Shown piece by piece: positions 27,716 to 36,734 of a DNA stretch of 64,000 nucleotides. Positions within the stretch are counted from its first letter, which is position 1; every line of letters starts with the position of its first letter. Below the pieces are notes generated by a model. It saw only the letters and a list, made by a program, of their open reading frames with translations, had not been told where the DNA came from and did no database searches. This DNA comes from an uncultured Pseudomonadota bacterium (GTDB taxonomy: Bacteria; Pseudomonadota; Gammaproteobacteria; Steroidobacterales; Steroidobacteraceae). The translations under genes and the position numbers were made by a program. The stretch covers positions 342,299 to 406,298 of the forward strand of contig CAWJWS010000007.1 of the NCBI GenBank assembly GCA_963846605.1, read 5' to 3'.

Positions 27716-29573
27716 GCCTTGGTTTCCCTATCTTGATGAACACCACGCCATGCCGCGGCACGGTGGCGGAGAACTGCGTGTCCTGGTTTCCAAGATCCTG
27801 GCGGAGCCAGAGGTCACGCACCGGAAGACTGCCGCTCAGGCCGAGGTGTGACCATTGAACGGTGACTGGCGCGGCCGTGAGCCCGCGATTGAACAGACCC
27901 ACGGCCAGCGTGCCGTCGCTGAGCGGGCGCGCCCAGATCTCGCGCCGCGCATCCGACCAGACGCGGTGCGCGGCCTTGCCCAGCGGATCCTGGTCCACGT
28001 CGATGACTTCATCGTTGGTCAGCAAGGACAGCGTGAAGTCGTCGAGCTTCGACAGGTCCGCGCCGATGAACAGCGGCGCGGCCTGCAGCGCCCAAAGCGC
28101 GAGATGCAGCATCTGTTCGTTGGGAGTCAGGCGTGTCGGGCGGAGGTTCGGGCCCCAGCCCAGCGTGCCGACGACCAGCATGTCCGTGTCATTCCACTCG
28201 CCGGGGCGGGTCCACGGTTCGCGTCCCGCTTGCCGGAAGCCGACGCTCTGCAGGTTGGCCCACTGGTCCAGAAGGTCGCCGCTGCTGCGCCAGAGATGGC
28301 CGCCGGCTTCGGCGCCCCATTTCCAGACGTCCCCGTAGCCGTACTGGCATAGCGCGAACACGATGTCGCGATCCACGCGCGCCAGCGCATCGCGCATCAC
28401 GAAGTAGGGTTTCTGCAGCTCGGGCAAGGAGTGGTCGGGCGCGATCTCCTCATACGAGCACCAGTCGTACTTGAGGAAGTCGACACCCCAGGCGGCGAAC
28501 GTCGCGGCGTCCTGGACTTCGTGCTGGTAGCTGCCTTCATAGTTCTCGCAGGTCTTCGGCCCGGGCGACGAGTAGATGCCAAGTTTCAGCCCTCGCGCGT
28601 GCACGGCATCGGCCAGGCCGCGCATGTCGGGGAATTTCTCGTTGGGCTGCAGTACGCCGAGCTTGTTGCGCTTGCCCATCCAGGCATCGTCGATGACCAC
28701 GTACTGGTAGCCGTGCGCGGCGAGGCCGCTGCGGACCAGTGCGTCGGCGGCGTCGAGTACCTTCTGCTGATCCACCGCCGGCCCCCAGACATTCCAGGAG
28801 TTCCAGCCCATGGGAGGCGTGCGCGCCAGCGCATCGGCGCCGCTGACGATCCGCAACGCGCGGCGCGCCCGGCCCTGGGGACCTTGCACGGTGAGCATCA
28901 CGGATTTCTCGCCGGCGTCGCGCAGCCGGCCCGAGATGATGCCGGTCGCCGGCTCCAGCACGAGTCCGCGCGGCAGTCCGCGCGCGCTGAACCGCAGAGG
29001 TCCTTCGCCCGTCGCCGGAATCCGGAACAGGAACGGACGGCCCGGCGTCGCCCCGGTGACCCGCGGTCCGTGGAGCGCGGGTGCCGCGGAGCGGATGAGG
29101 GGAGCGATGATCGCCGGCGATTCCGAAGGCGGCGTGAATGCCTTCGGATGAGGTCCAGGGGGATTCGCCAGGGAGATCATCGCTCCCGCCCAAGCCACTT
29201 CGTCGTCATTGCTGGTGTCGCCACCATCGTCCACCAGCAGCGTCAGCACCCGCGCACCCACGAGATCGGCGGAAAGCATCTTCGGCGCATCACCTGCGCG
29301 CAGGAGGCCGCTGGCCGCCACCAGCCGGTCGTCGGCCCAGACTTCGAACGTCACGCTGCCCACGCCGGTCTTCACGGCATCGTCGAAACCCACCATCGAG
29401 CGGAATGCGGTGGCATTGCCCTGCAGGTCGATCACGAACTCGCTGATGGAGCGCGTGCCGATACCGTGTGGATAGACCACGCCGCCGGTCTGCAAGGGCT
29501 GGTCTCGGATCGACTTGCCGGCGCGCGGCGCGCCGCGGCGCTGTGAGAATCGTTCCAGGCCGATGTCCTCCAC
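27708..29573 (-). CDS. Alpha-galactosidase (GH27) with an N-terminal NPCBM domain; the 5' end is probably displaced by a frameshift (signal peptide from ATG 29763)
   Basis: The NPCBM-like region is VYPHGIGTRSISEFVIDLQGNATAFRSMVGFDD. The GH27 core is PPMGWNSWNVWG...YQYVVIDDAWMGKRN...GLKLGIYSSPGPKTCE...WGVDFLKYDWC. The listed start is GTG 29573, at the very edge of the NPCBM domain. The same frame stays open upstream without any start, and a Tat-like signal (MNLASLASRASSQMHGRRASSFRTGAWWLGVACAATTRAASAAG, ATG 29763) lies in another frame. Confidence 0.85.
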   Translation of the reverse strand: MEDIGLERFSQRRGAPRAGKSIRDQPLQTGGVVYPHGIGTRSISEFVIDLQGNATAFRSMVGFDDAVKTGVGSVTFEVWADDRLVAASGLLRAGDAPKMLSADLVGARVLTLLVDDGGDTSNDDEVAWAGAMISLANPPGPHPKAFTPPSESPAIIAPLIRSAAPALHGPRVTGATPGRPFLFRIPATGEGPLRFSARGLPRGLVLEPATGIISGRLRDAGEKSVMLTVQGPQGRARRALRIVSGADALARTPPMGWNSWNVWGPAVDQQKVLDAADALVRSGLAAHGYQYVVIDDAWMGKRNKLGVLQPNEKFPDMRGLADAVHARGLKLGIYSSPGPKTCENYEGSYQHEVQDAATFAAWGVDFLKYDWCSYEEIAPDHSLPELQKPYFVMRDALARVDRDIVFALCQYGYGDVWKWGAEAGGHLWRSSGDLLDQWANLQSVGFRQAGREPWTRPGEWNDTDMLVVGTLGWGPNLRPTRLTPNEQMLHLALWALQAAPLFIGADLSKLDDFTLSLLTNDEVIDVDQDPLGKAAHRVWSDARREIWARPLSDGTLAVGLFNRGLTAAPVTVQWSHLGLSGSLPVRDLWLRQDLGNQDTQFSATVPRHGVVFIKIGKPRHE

Positions 29574-29783
29574 CCAGATCGCGCCCGCTGGCGCCTGCTC
29601 CGCGCGCAGCTTGCAGTAGTTCGGCCGGCGCCCCGGCCGCGGATGCCGCGCGCGTTGTTGCGGCGCACGCCACCCCTAACCACCACGCGCCGGTCCGGAA
29701 GGAGGACGCGCGTCGGCCGTGCATTTGCGACGAGGCGCGGGAGGCGAGGCTTGCGAGGTTCATCGGATTCAAGATATCGTAGT

Positions 29784-29793
29784 TCGTATACGA
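29784..29793. promoter_or_regulatory. Perfect 10-bp palindrome TCGTATACGA (with an adjacent half-site ATATCGTA at 29774-81) in the alpha-galactosidase / TonB-receptor divergent intergenic region; candidate GntR-type operator
   Basis: Read directly from the sequence. The same 11-mer TCGTATACGAT and the same 8-mer ATATCGTA recur at 35771-35784. By eye these are the only two occurrences of CGTATACG in the window. Confidence 0.5.
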
Positions 29794-29853
29794 TCTACAA
29801 TCCCGAGCGCGGCCAAGCAAGAGCCCAGACAGACAAACGGGGGGAGTTCACAC

Positions 29854-32751
29854 ATGCAGATTCAGAAGATTTCTTCGGCAGTTTCCGGGGGATGCGCCTT
29901 GCTGGCGCTGCTGGTCGCCGCGACGGCGGCAGCGCAGGAGGCGGCGCCACCGCAACCCATGGACGAAGTGGTCGTGACCGGCTCGCGGCTGGTTCGCAGC
30001 GACTTGAGCGCGCCGAGCCCGACCACGGTGATAAGCGAGGACGCCGTGCAGATGTCGGGAGACACCACGGTGGAGGCGGTGCTCAATGAACTGCCGCAGC
30101 TTTCCGCGGGCAACAATTCCAGCGTGAATTCGGCCGGCGGATCCGGCGTGCTCACCGCCAATCTCCGCGGCCTGGGCGCCACGCGCACGCTGACACTGGT
30201 CAACGGCCGGCGTTTCATTCCGGCGAACGGCGCGGGCAGCGTCGATCTCGCGACGATTCCGAACGCGCTGGTGAAGCGCGTCGAGATCATCACCGGTGGC
30301 GCTTCGGCCGTGTACGGTTCCGATGCGATCACCGGCGCGGTGAACTTCCTGCTGCGCGACGACTTCGAGGGATTCGAGGTCTCCAGCCAGTACGGGCGGA
30401 CGGGCGAGAGCGATGGGCAGTCGGTCAACTATGACCTGCTGTTCGGCACCAACCTTGCCGAAGGCCGCGGCAATCTCACGCTGTTCGCTTCGCGCTCGAT
30501 GCGCGATCCCGTGATGATGCAGAACCGCGATTTCTCCAGCGTACCGCTCAACGCGGCGCTGGGCCCGAGCGGCTCGGGCAACATTCCCGGCGGACGGGTC
30601 GGCCTGAGCGCGGCGCAGATGGCCTCGCTCAATGTGGGTGGTGGCGCGGGCGTCATCCCCGTCGGATCGGATGGGTGCACAACGCCGGTCAATTCCATCC
30701 GCTTCGCCGAGAACGGCCGCGTGATGCGCCATTGCGATCCGCAGACGCTGTTCAACTACGCGGCCGGCAACTATCTATTGAGGCCGCTGGATCGCTGGCA
30801 ACTGTCCGGACTCGCGCATTATTCGTTCAATGACAACGTCGAGGCCTACCTGGACGCGCACTACGCGCTCGCGCAGAACGAGTTCCAGCAGGCGCCGGAT
30901 TCGCTGTCCATCGTCACCGGCACCAACTCGTACTTCGAAGTGACCAACTACGCGACCAACCCGGTCCTGACGCCGGATGTTCGCGCGCTGTTCGTCAACA
31001 ACCCGGCGATCTTCGACCCTATGGGTACGGGCAACGCCCGCATCGCCGGTGGTATCGCGCGCCGCGTCGAGGAGCTGGGCCTGCGCAACTTCGCGTTCGA
31101 ACGCGCCACCATCGGCAGCACGGTCGGTGTCCGCGGCGACTTCGAAGTGGGTGAGCACACCTGGCGCTGGGATGTGTTCGGCCAGTACCACCGCTCACGC
31201 ACCGACGAGAACGTGCAGGGCACGATGTCGCCGGCGCGCATGTCGCTGGGCCTCAACTCCGTGATCAACGGTTCGGGCCAGGTGGTCTGCGCCACGCCCA
31301 TCCTCGGATGCGTGCCCGTGAATCCCTTCGGCTTCGATTCGATTTCGCCCGCCGCGGCGCGATTCATCTCGCCGGCGCGTTCGTCTTCCGACCTGTTCGA
31401 GCGCAAGGTGACTGGAGCTTCGCTCGCCGGAGAATTCCTGCCGCTGCCCGCGGGGCCGATCTCCGCCGCCGTGGGCGTGGAATTCCGCGACGACGACTAC
31501 CGCTACCTGCCGGGCGCCACCGATCTCGCGGCTGAATACGGCTCCGCGTCCCGCGGAATCACGCAAGGTGGCTACAGCGTCTCCGAGGCCTTCGCCGAGG
31601 TACGCATTCCCTTGCTGAGCGACAAGCCGTTCGCGCAGGTGCTGGCGCTCGAAGGCGCCGCGCGCTACTCCGACTACTCGAACTTCGGCGGCGCCAACAC
31701 CTGGAGAGCCGGGCTCGAGTGGGGCCCGGTGGACTGGTTGCGATTCCGCAGCGCTTACAATGTGGCCATCCGCGCGCCGAACATCAGCGAGCTGTTCGCG
31801 CCCATCGGCGAAGGCTTCTCGCCGGGCAACGATCCCTGCGCGGCCATCCGCAATCCCTCCCAGGCTCAACGGGATTTCTGCGTGCAGCAGGGCGTGCCGC
31901 AGAACGAGATCAACACGTTCGTGCAGACCGCGCTCGGCTTCAGCCAGTTGTCGGGCGGCAATCCGGCACTGACCGAAGAGACCTCGGAGACCATGACGAT
32001 CGGCGCGGTCATCCGGCTGCCGTTCCTGGAGCGGTTCAACTTCGCCGTGGACTATTACGAGATCGAAGTGGAAGACGCGGTGTCCACCATGAACGCGCAG
32101 ACCACGCTCGATGTCTGCTACCAGATCCTCGACGAGAACAGCGCACCCTGCCGCGCCATCACGCGCCTGCCGGGCACCGGCCAGGTCTATCAAGTGCGTG
32201 CCAGCAACAGCAACATCGGCTCCTTGTCGGTGGAAGGCGTGGATCTCACCGCCGACTACACCTTCAATCTTCCGGGTGCGATGGGCCTCGGTGACAACGC
32301 GGCGGAGCTGGGGCTGCAGCTGCAGACCGGCTGGCTGTTCAAGCGCGAGAGCCAGATCATCGGCGCGCTGCCCATCGACTGCGCGGGCTTCTTCGGATCC
32401 TGCACGGCGCAGGGCGCCGGAGGCTCGCCGGACTTCAAGGCGTTGCTCGTGGCTACCTACCACAGCGGTCCGCTGATGCTGCGTACCCAGGCCAGGCACA
32501 TCGCCTCGCTGGATCCGCTGGCCAACATCGCGGCCACGACTCCGGTGGTTGCGGGCTCGGTGAACTACGTGGACTTCTCGGGCAGCTACCGCTTCAACGA
32601 CACCTTCGAGGTCTACGCGGGCATCGACAACGCGTTCGACGAGGCTCCTCCACTGCTCACGTCGAGCTGGGGCGGTGATGCCAACACCGACGTCACGCTG
32701 TACGACGTGATCGGCCGCCGCTACTTCTTCGGACTGCGGGCCCGCTTCTGA
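29854..32751 (+). CDS. TonB-dependent outer-membrane receptor
   Basis: Lies within ORF 29719..32751. The start is ATG 29854 after GGGGAG. The signal is MQIQKISSAVSGGCALLALLVAATAAAQ, the TonB box/plug is DEVVVTGSRL...RVEIITGGASAVYGSDAITGAVNF, and the C-terminus is RYFFGLRARF. Confidence 0.95.
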   Translation: MQIQKISSAVSGGCALLALLVAATAAAQEAAPPQPMDEVVVTGSRLVRSDLSAPSPTTVISEDAVQMSGDTTVEAVLNELPQLSAGNNSSVNSAGGSGVLTANLRGLGATRTLTLVNGRRFIPANGAGSVDLATIPNALVKRVEIITGGASAVYGSDAITGAVNFLLRDDFEGFEVSSQYGRTGESDGQSVNYDLLFGTNLAEGRGNLTLFASRSMRDPVMMQNRDFSSVPLNAALGPSGSGNIPGGRVGLSAAQMASLNVGGGAGVIPVGSDGCTTPVNSIRFAENGRVMRHCDPQTLFNYAAGNYLLRPLDRWQLSGLAHYSFNDNVEAYLDAHYALAQNEFQQAPDSLSIVTGTNSYFEVTNYATNPVLTPDVRALFVNNPAIFDPMGTGNARIAGGIARRVEELGLRNFAFERATIGSTVGVRGDFEVGEHTWRWDVFGQYHRSRTDENVQGTMSPARMSLGLNSVINGSGQVVCATPILGCVPVNPFGFDSISPAAARFISPARSSSDLFERKVTGASLAGEFLPLPAGPISAAVGVEFRDDDYRYLPGATDLAAEYGSASRGITQGGYSVSEAFAEVRIPLLSDKPFAQVLALEGAARYSDYSNFGGANTWRAGLEWGPVDWLRFRSAYNVAIRAPNISELFAPIGEGFSPGNDPCAAIRNPSQAQRDFCVQQGVPQNEINTFVQTALGFSQLSGGNPALTEETSETMTIGAVIRLPFLERFNFAVDYYEIEVEDAVSTMNAQTTLDVCYQILDENSAPCRAITRLPGTGQVYQVRASNSNIGSLSVEGVDLTADYTFNLPGAMGLGDNAAELGLQLQTGWLFKRESQIIGALPIDCAGFFGSCTAQGAGGSPDFKALLVATYHSGPLMLRTQARHIASLDPLANIAATTPVVAGSVNYVDFSGSYRFNDTFEVYAGIDNAFDEAPPLLTSSWGGDANTDVTLYDVIGRRYFFGLRARF

Positions 32752-33758
32752 GATCCACGTTCTTCTGCATCGACGGCCACACGGCCGGCAATCCGGTCCG
32801 GCTGGTCGCGGGGGCGCGCCGCTGTCCTGAGCGGCGCCACCATGGCCGAGCGGCGGCTGGATTTCCTGGACCGTTTCGACTGGATCCGCACCGGCCTGTG
32901 CTTCGAGCCGCGCGGGCACGACATGATGAGCGGCGGATTCCTCTATCCGCCGACTCGCCCGGATGCGGATTGCGGCATCCTGTTCATCGAGACCAGCGGC
33001 TGCCTGCCGATGTGCGGCCACGGCACGATCGGCATCGTCACCTTCGGGCTCGAGCACGGCCTGATCCGGCCCGCGCACGCCGGGCGAGCTGATCGTCGAG
33101 GTGCCGGCCGGCGTGCATCGAGCATCGAGCTATGTGCAGCGAGGGCGACCGCGTCCAGCTCGGTGCGCATCCGCAACGTGCCTCGCTATCGTCGCGGCGC
33201 GGGACATCGAGGTCGACGTTCCGGGATTCGGCCCGCTCTGGCTCGACGTCGCCTATGGCGGCAATTACTACGCCATCATCGAGCCGCAGGGCCCGTATAC
33301 CGGGCTCGACGATCTCGGCGCCGCCCGCTCGTCGAGCTCAGCTCGCAGGTCCGCGAACTCGTCCGGACCCAGGTCGAGCCCGGTCCATCCGCTCGATCCG
33401 ACCATCCGCGGCGTCAGCCATGTGCTGTGGGCGGACAAGCCCAAGAGCGAAGGCGCCGACGGCGCGCAACGCGGTCTTCTACGGCGACCGGGCCATCGAC
33501 CGCAGCCCCTGCGGCACCGGCACTTCGGCGCGCTCGCCCATCTCGCCGCGCACGGGCGCGCTCAAGCTCGGCGACCGCTTCGTCCACGAAAGCTATATCG
33601 GCAGCCGCTTCATCGGCCGCGTCGAGGCCGAAACCACGCAACTGGGCGATCATGCCGCCATCATCCCGTCGATCGAGGGCTCGGCGATCGCTACCGGCTT
33701 CAACATCATCACCATCGATGAAGCTGATCCGTTCTGGCGGGGATTTCAGGTAGCCTGA
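32748..33758 (+). pseudogene. 4-hydroxyproline epimerase / proline-racemase-family gene, with about ten frame changes and no canonical start
   Basis: The conserved segments lie in rotating frames. CIDGHTAGNPVRLVAG is in frame 0. ATMAERRLDF...GCLPMCGHGTIGIVTFGLEHGLI is in ORF 32842. VPAGV...DIEVDVPGFGPLWLDVAYGGNYYAII...VHPLDPTIRGVSHVLW is in ORF 33101. RAIDRSPCGTGTSAR...KLGDRFVHESYIGSRFIGRVEAE...DEADPFWRGFQVA is in ORF 33132. The codon aligned with the family start is CTG 32748, which overlaps the receptor stop as CTGA. Confidence 0.85.
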
Positions 33759-33763
33759 GGGGC

Positions 33764-34487
33764 ATGATGAATCACGTCCATCTCGAGATTCGCACGCTGT
33801 CGGACCGCCTGGTCGACGTGCTGCGGGATTTCATCCTTTCCGGCGCGATCGAGCCGGATCTGCCCATCCGCCAGGACGCGCTCGCCGCGGAACTGCGGGT
33901 GAGCAAGATCCCGCTGCGCGAGGCATTGGCGCGGCTGGAGCAGGATGGGCTCGTGGTCTCGCAGCCGAACCGCGGGTTCTTCGTGCGGCCCATGTCGCCG
34001 GAGGAAGCGGAGGAGATCTACTCGCTGCGACTCAAGCTCGAACCCGATGCGGCCGCGCATGCCTGCCTCATCGCCACCGAGGCGGACCAGAACACGGCGC
34101 GCCAGGCGCTGGCGGCCTTCGACATCGACGCGGTGGCGCACAAGCCTACGGTGGGCGGGCTCGAATCGCGCGTTTCACCTCGCGCTGGTGAAGCCGGGCG
34201 GTCAGCGCGTCACCACCAATCTCGTGGCGCGCCTGCACATCCTCGCGGATCGCTACGTGCGCAAGCACCTCGAGCCCAAGGGCCGCGTGCCGCGCGCGGA
34301 GGCGGAGCACCACGACATGCTGGACGCGTGGATCAAGCGCAAGGATGCCCGCGTGCGCAAGCTCATCACCGAGCATCTCGAAGGAACGCTCGGCGATCTG
34401 CGCGCCGTGCTGATGTCCGAGTCCACCACGCGTGCGGCGAAACCCGCCGCGAAGAAGCCGGCCCGCAAGGCCGCGGGCGCCCGCTAG
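33764..34487 (+). pseudogene. GntR-family (FadR/FCD-type) regulator, candidate hydroxyproline-locus repressor; one frameshift
   Basis: The wHTH (LPIRQDALAAELRVSKIPLREALARLEQDGLVVSQPNRGFFV) is in the frame of ORF 33764. The FCD part (NRAFHLALVKPGGQRVTTNLVARLHILADRYVRKHL...HHDMLDAW) is in the frame of ORF 33945..34487. The switch is near 34150. Confidence 0.85.
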
Positions 34488-35760
34488 CCGAATCTCTCGA
34501 GATCGAAGGGCCGCAAGTCGATCGACGGCTCGTGGCCCGCGGCCAGCGATCCCACCAGGTCACCCGTGATCGCGGCCAGCGTCAGGCCCAGGTGCTGGTG
34601 GCCGAATGCATACAGAAGATTGTCCGCCCGCCGGCTGCGGCCGATCGCGGGAAGATAGTCTGGCAGCGTGGGGCGCGCGCCCATCCACTCGCGAGGCTCG
34701 CCGGACCAGGGCAATTGCAGCTCCTTCGCGTGCGCCCGCAGCCGCTGCCACTTGCGACCGTCGGGCGGACTCGCTGCCTGGCCGAATTCCACGAAGCTCG
34801 CCGCGCGCAGCCCCGAATGGAATCGGCTGACGATCATCGATCGTCTGCTCGAACACCACGGGCGGCATGTCCGGCCAGTCCGCCGCCGCCGCTTGCAGGT
34901 GATAGCCCCTTTCGGCGATGAGCGGCACGCGATATCCGAGCCCGCCTAACAAACCGGGCGACCCGACGCCGGCGCTGACCAGGACCAGGCCCGGATTCAT
35001 GGTTTCCCCGGTGGGCAGCGTCACCACCGCGCGCGAGCCGCGCCATTCGAGGCTCGTCACCGGCTCGCGGCGCAGTTCGCCACCCGCGGCAACGAAGGCG
35101 CGCGACAGCGAATCCAGCAGATCGCCGGGATCACGCACACGGCCCGTGCCACTGAAGTGCAGGCCTCCCGCGGGTTTGCAGGCCACCAGCCGCGCGATCC
35201 GCGCGAGTTCGCCCGCGATCCAGATCGCGCAAAGCCGCGGTGCCGATGTCCGCGCGCGCCCAATGTTCGCGCCCCGCGCGCGCGCCAGCCGCGCGTTTCC
35301 CAGACGACGTAGTGACCATCCTCCGCGAGCAGTGACTGGCTGGACGCGGAAGCCGTGAGCCGGCGCCACGCCGGCAAGCGACTCCGCGAGCAGCGACTTC
35401 AGCGCGCGCTTGCCGGCCTCGAACCGGCTCGGGGCCGCTGGCGCGAACCAGCCGCCAACCGAAAGGCAGCCAGGCGCCGATGTCGCGCAACGGGAAAGAC
35501 GCGGCGCCGCCGCGCGAGAAGAGGCGTCCCGGCAATGCCACCAGGTTGCTCCAGGAGGCGAGGGGTTCCACCTGCTCGGTGGCAATATGTCCGGCGTTTC
35601 CCCAGGACGCCGCGCGTGGAAGCATCCCCGGATCGAACAAGAGGGTACGGTGACCGCGCCGCTGCAGCTCGATGGCGCAGGCGAGACCCAGAATGCCACC
35701 GCCAATGACGATCGATCGGGTCGCCGCGGTGGTGCGAGCGGACTTCTCTGCCTGATTCAT
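34484..35760 (-). pseudogene. FAD-dependent oxidoreductase (D-amino-acid / D-hydroxyproline dehydrogenase-like), at least 5 frame changes
   Basis: The start is ATG 35760 (MNQAEKSARTTAATRSIVIGGGILGLACAIELQRRGH, a GxGxxG motif). Later segments are in other frames: HFSGTGRVRDPGDLLDSLSRAFVAAGGEL...RVPLIAERGYHL, and the C-terminus WMGARPTLPDYLPAIG...YAFGHQHLGLTLAAITG...LERFG in ORF 34484..34837. Its stop shares CTAG with the GntR stop. Confidence 0.8.
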
Positions 35761-35772
35761 TGCAGATAATAT

Positions 35773-35784
35773 ATCGTATACGAT
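35773..35784. promoter_or_regulatory. Perfect 12-bp palindrome ATCGTATACGAT in the 42-bp gap between the FAD dehydrogenase and the DHDPS-like gene; candidate GntR-type operator
   Basis: It lies 13 nt from ATG 35760 (- strand gene) and 19 nt upstream of TTG 35803. The GntR gene is adjacent. The core is GTATAC. Confidence 0.5.
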
Positions 35785-35802
35785 TAGTAAGGAGAACGGA
35801 TC

Positions 35803-36734
35803 TTGGCGCAAGCCTCTCTGGCACGGCGTGTATCCCGCCGCCACCACGCAGTTCGCCGCCGACCTGTCGCTCGACCTCCCGGCATACCGCAGCACGGTCA
35901 CCGCGCTGGTCAACGGACGGCGTCGACGGCATCGATCCTGCTGGGCACGGTCGGCGAAAACAATTCGCTGCGTCCCGAAGAGAAACGCACCGCGCTGCGC
36001 GCCGGCCGTCGAAGCGGTCGGTGGCCGCGTGCCGCTGGTCGCCGGCGTCTCCGAGTTCACCACCGAGCGCGCCATCGAGTATCGTGCGCGACGCCGAGAA
36101 GCTGGGCGTCGACGCGCTTGATGCTGCTGCCGGCGATGGTGTACGTGCCCACGCCCGACGAGCTGTGCGCGCATTTCCGCGCGGTCGCCGAGGCCACCGC
36201 CACTGCCCATCATGCTCTACAACAACCCGCCGGCCTACCGGGTGAACATCGAGATCGAGACGCTCGCGAAGCTCGCAGGACGATGCCGCAACATCGTCGC
36301 GCTCAAGGAGAGCGCGCCGGATCCGCGGCGCTTCACCGACATCATCAACCGCTTCGGCGACGCGCTACACGCTCCTGGCCGGACTCGACGACGTCGCGCT
36401 CGAAGGATTGCTGCTGGGCGCGAGCGGCTGGGTGTCCGGTCTCACGAGCGCTTTCCCGCGCGAGTCGGTCGCCATGGTGGCGGCGGCGATGCGCGGTGAC
36501 TGGGACAGAGGCGCGCCGCATCTATCGATGGTTCATGCCGCTGCTGCATCTCGATGCCGACCACGACCTGGTGCAGTCCATCAAGCTCGCCGAACAGATC
36601 ATGGGGCGCGGCTCCGAACGCGTGCGCATGCCGCGGCTGCCGCTCGCCGGCGCGCGGCGCGCGGACGTGATCGAGCGCGTCGAACGCTTGCAAGGCCACA
36701 CGGCCCATTCCCGCAACCCGGAGCTGCCGCCTGA
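35803..36734 (+). pseudogene. DHDPS/N-acetylneuraminate-lyase-family enzyme (pyrroline-4-hydroxy-2-carboxylate deaminase-like), about ten frame changes
   Basis: The SD AAGGAG (35789-94) and TTG 35803 are in one frame, but WHGVYPAATTQF 16 nt later is in another. Further segments rotate through all three frames: ILLGTVGENNSLRPEEK, GRVPLVAGVSEFTTERAIEY, MLLPAMVYVPTPDELCAHF, MLYNNPPAYRVNIEIETLAKL...ALKES, GASGWVSGLTSAFP and RIYRWFMPLLHLDADHDLVQSIKLAEQ. The end is inferred at TGA 36732-34. Confidence 0.75.

Noticed and set aside
25937-27736. 599-aa ORF on the + strand
   Set aside because: It is an exact antisense shadow of the DUF885 gene (25916..27715), and only the - strand translation shows family motifs and a signal peptide.
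31195-33078. 627-aa ORF on the - strand
   Set aside because: It is antisense to the 3' half of the TonB-dependent receptor and to the epimerase. It is low-complexity Arg/Ala/Gly sequence.
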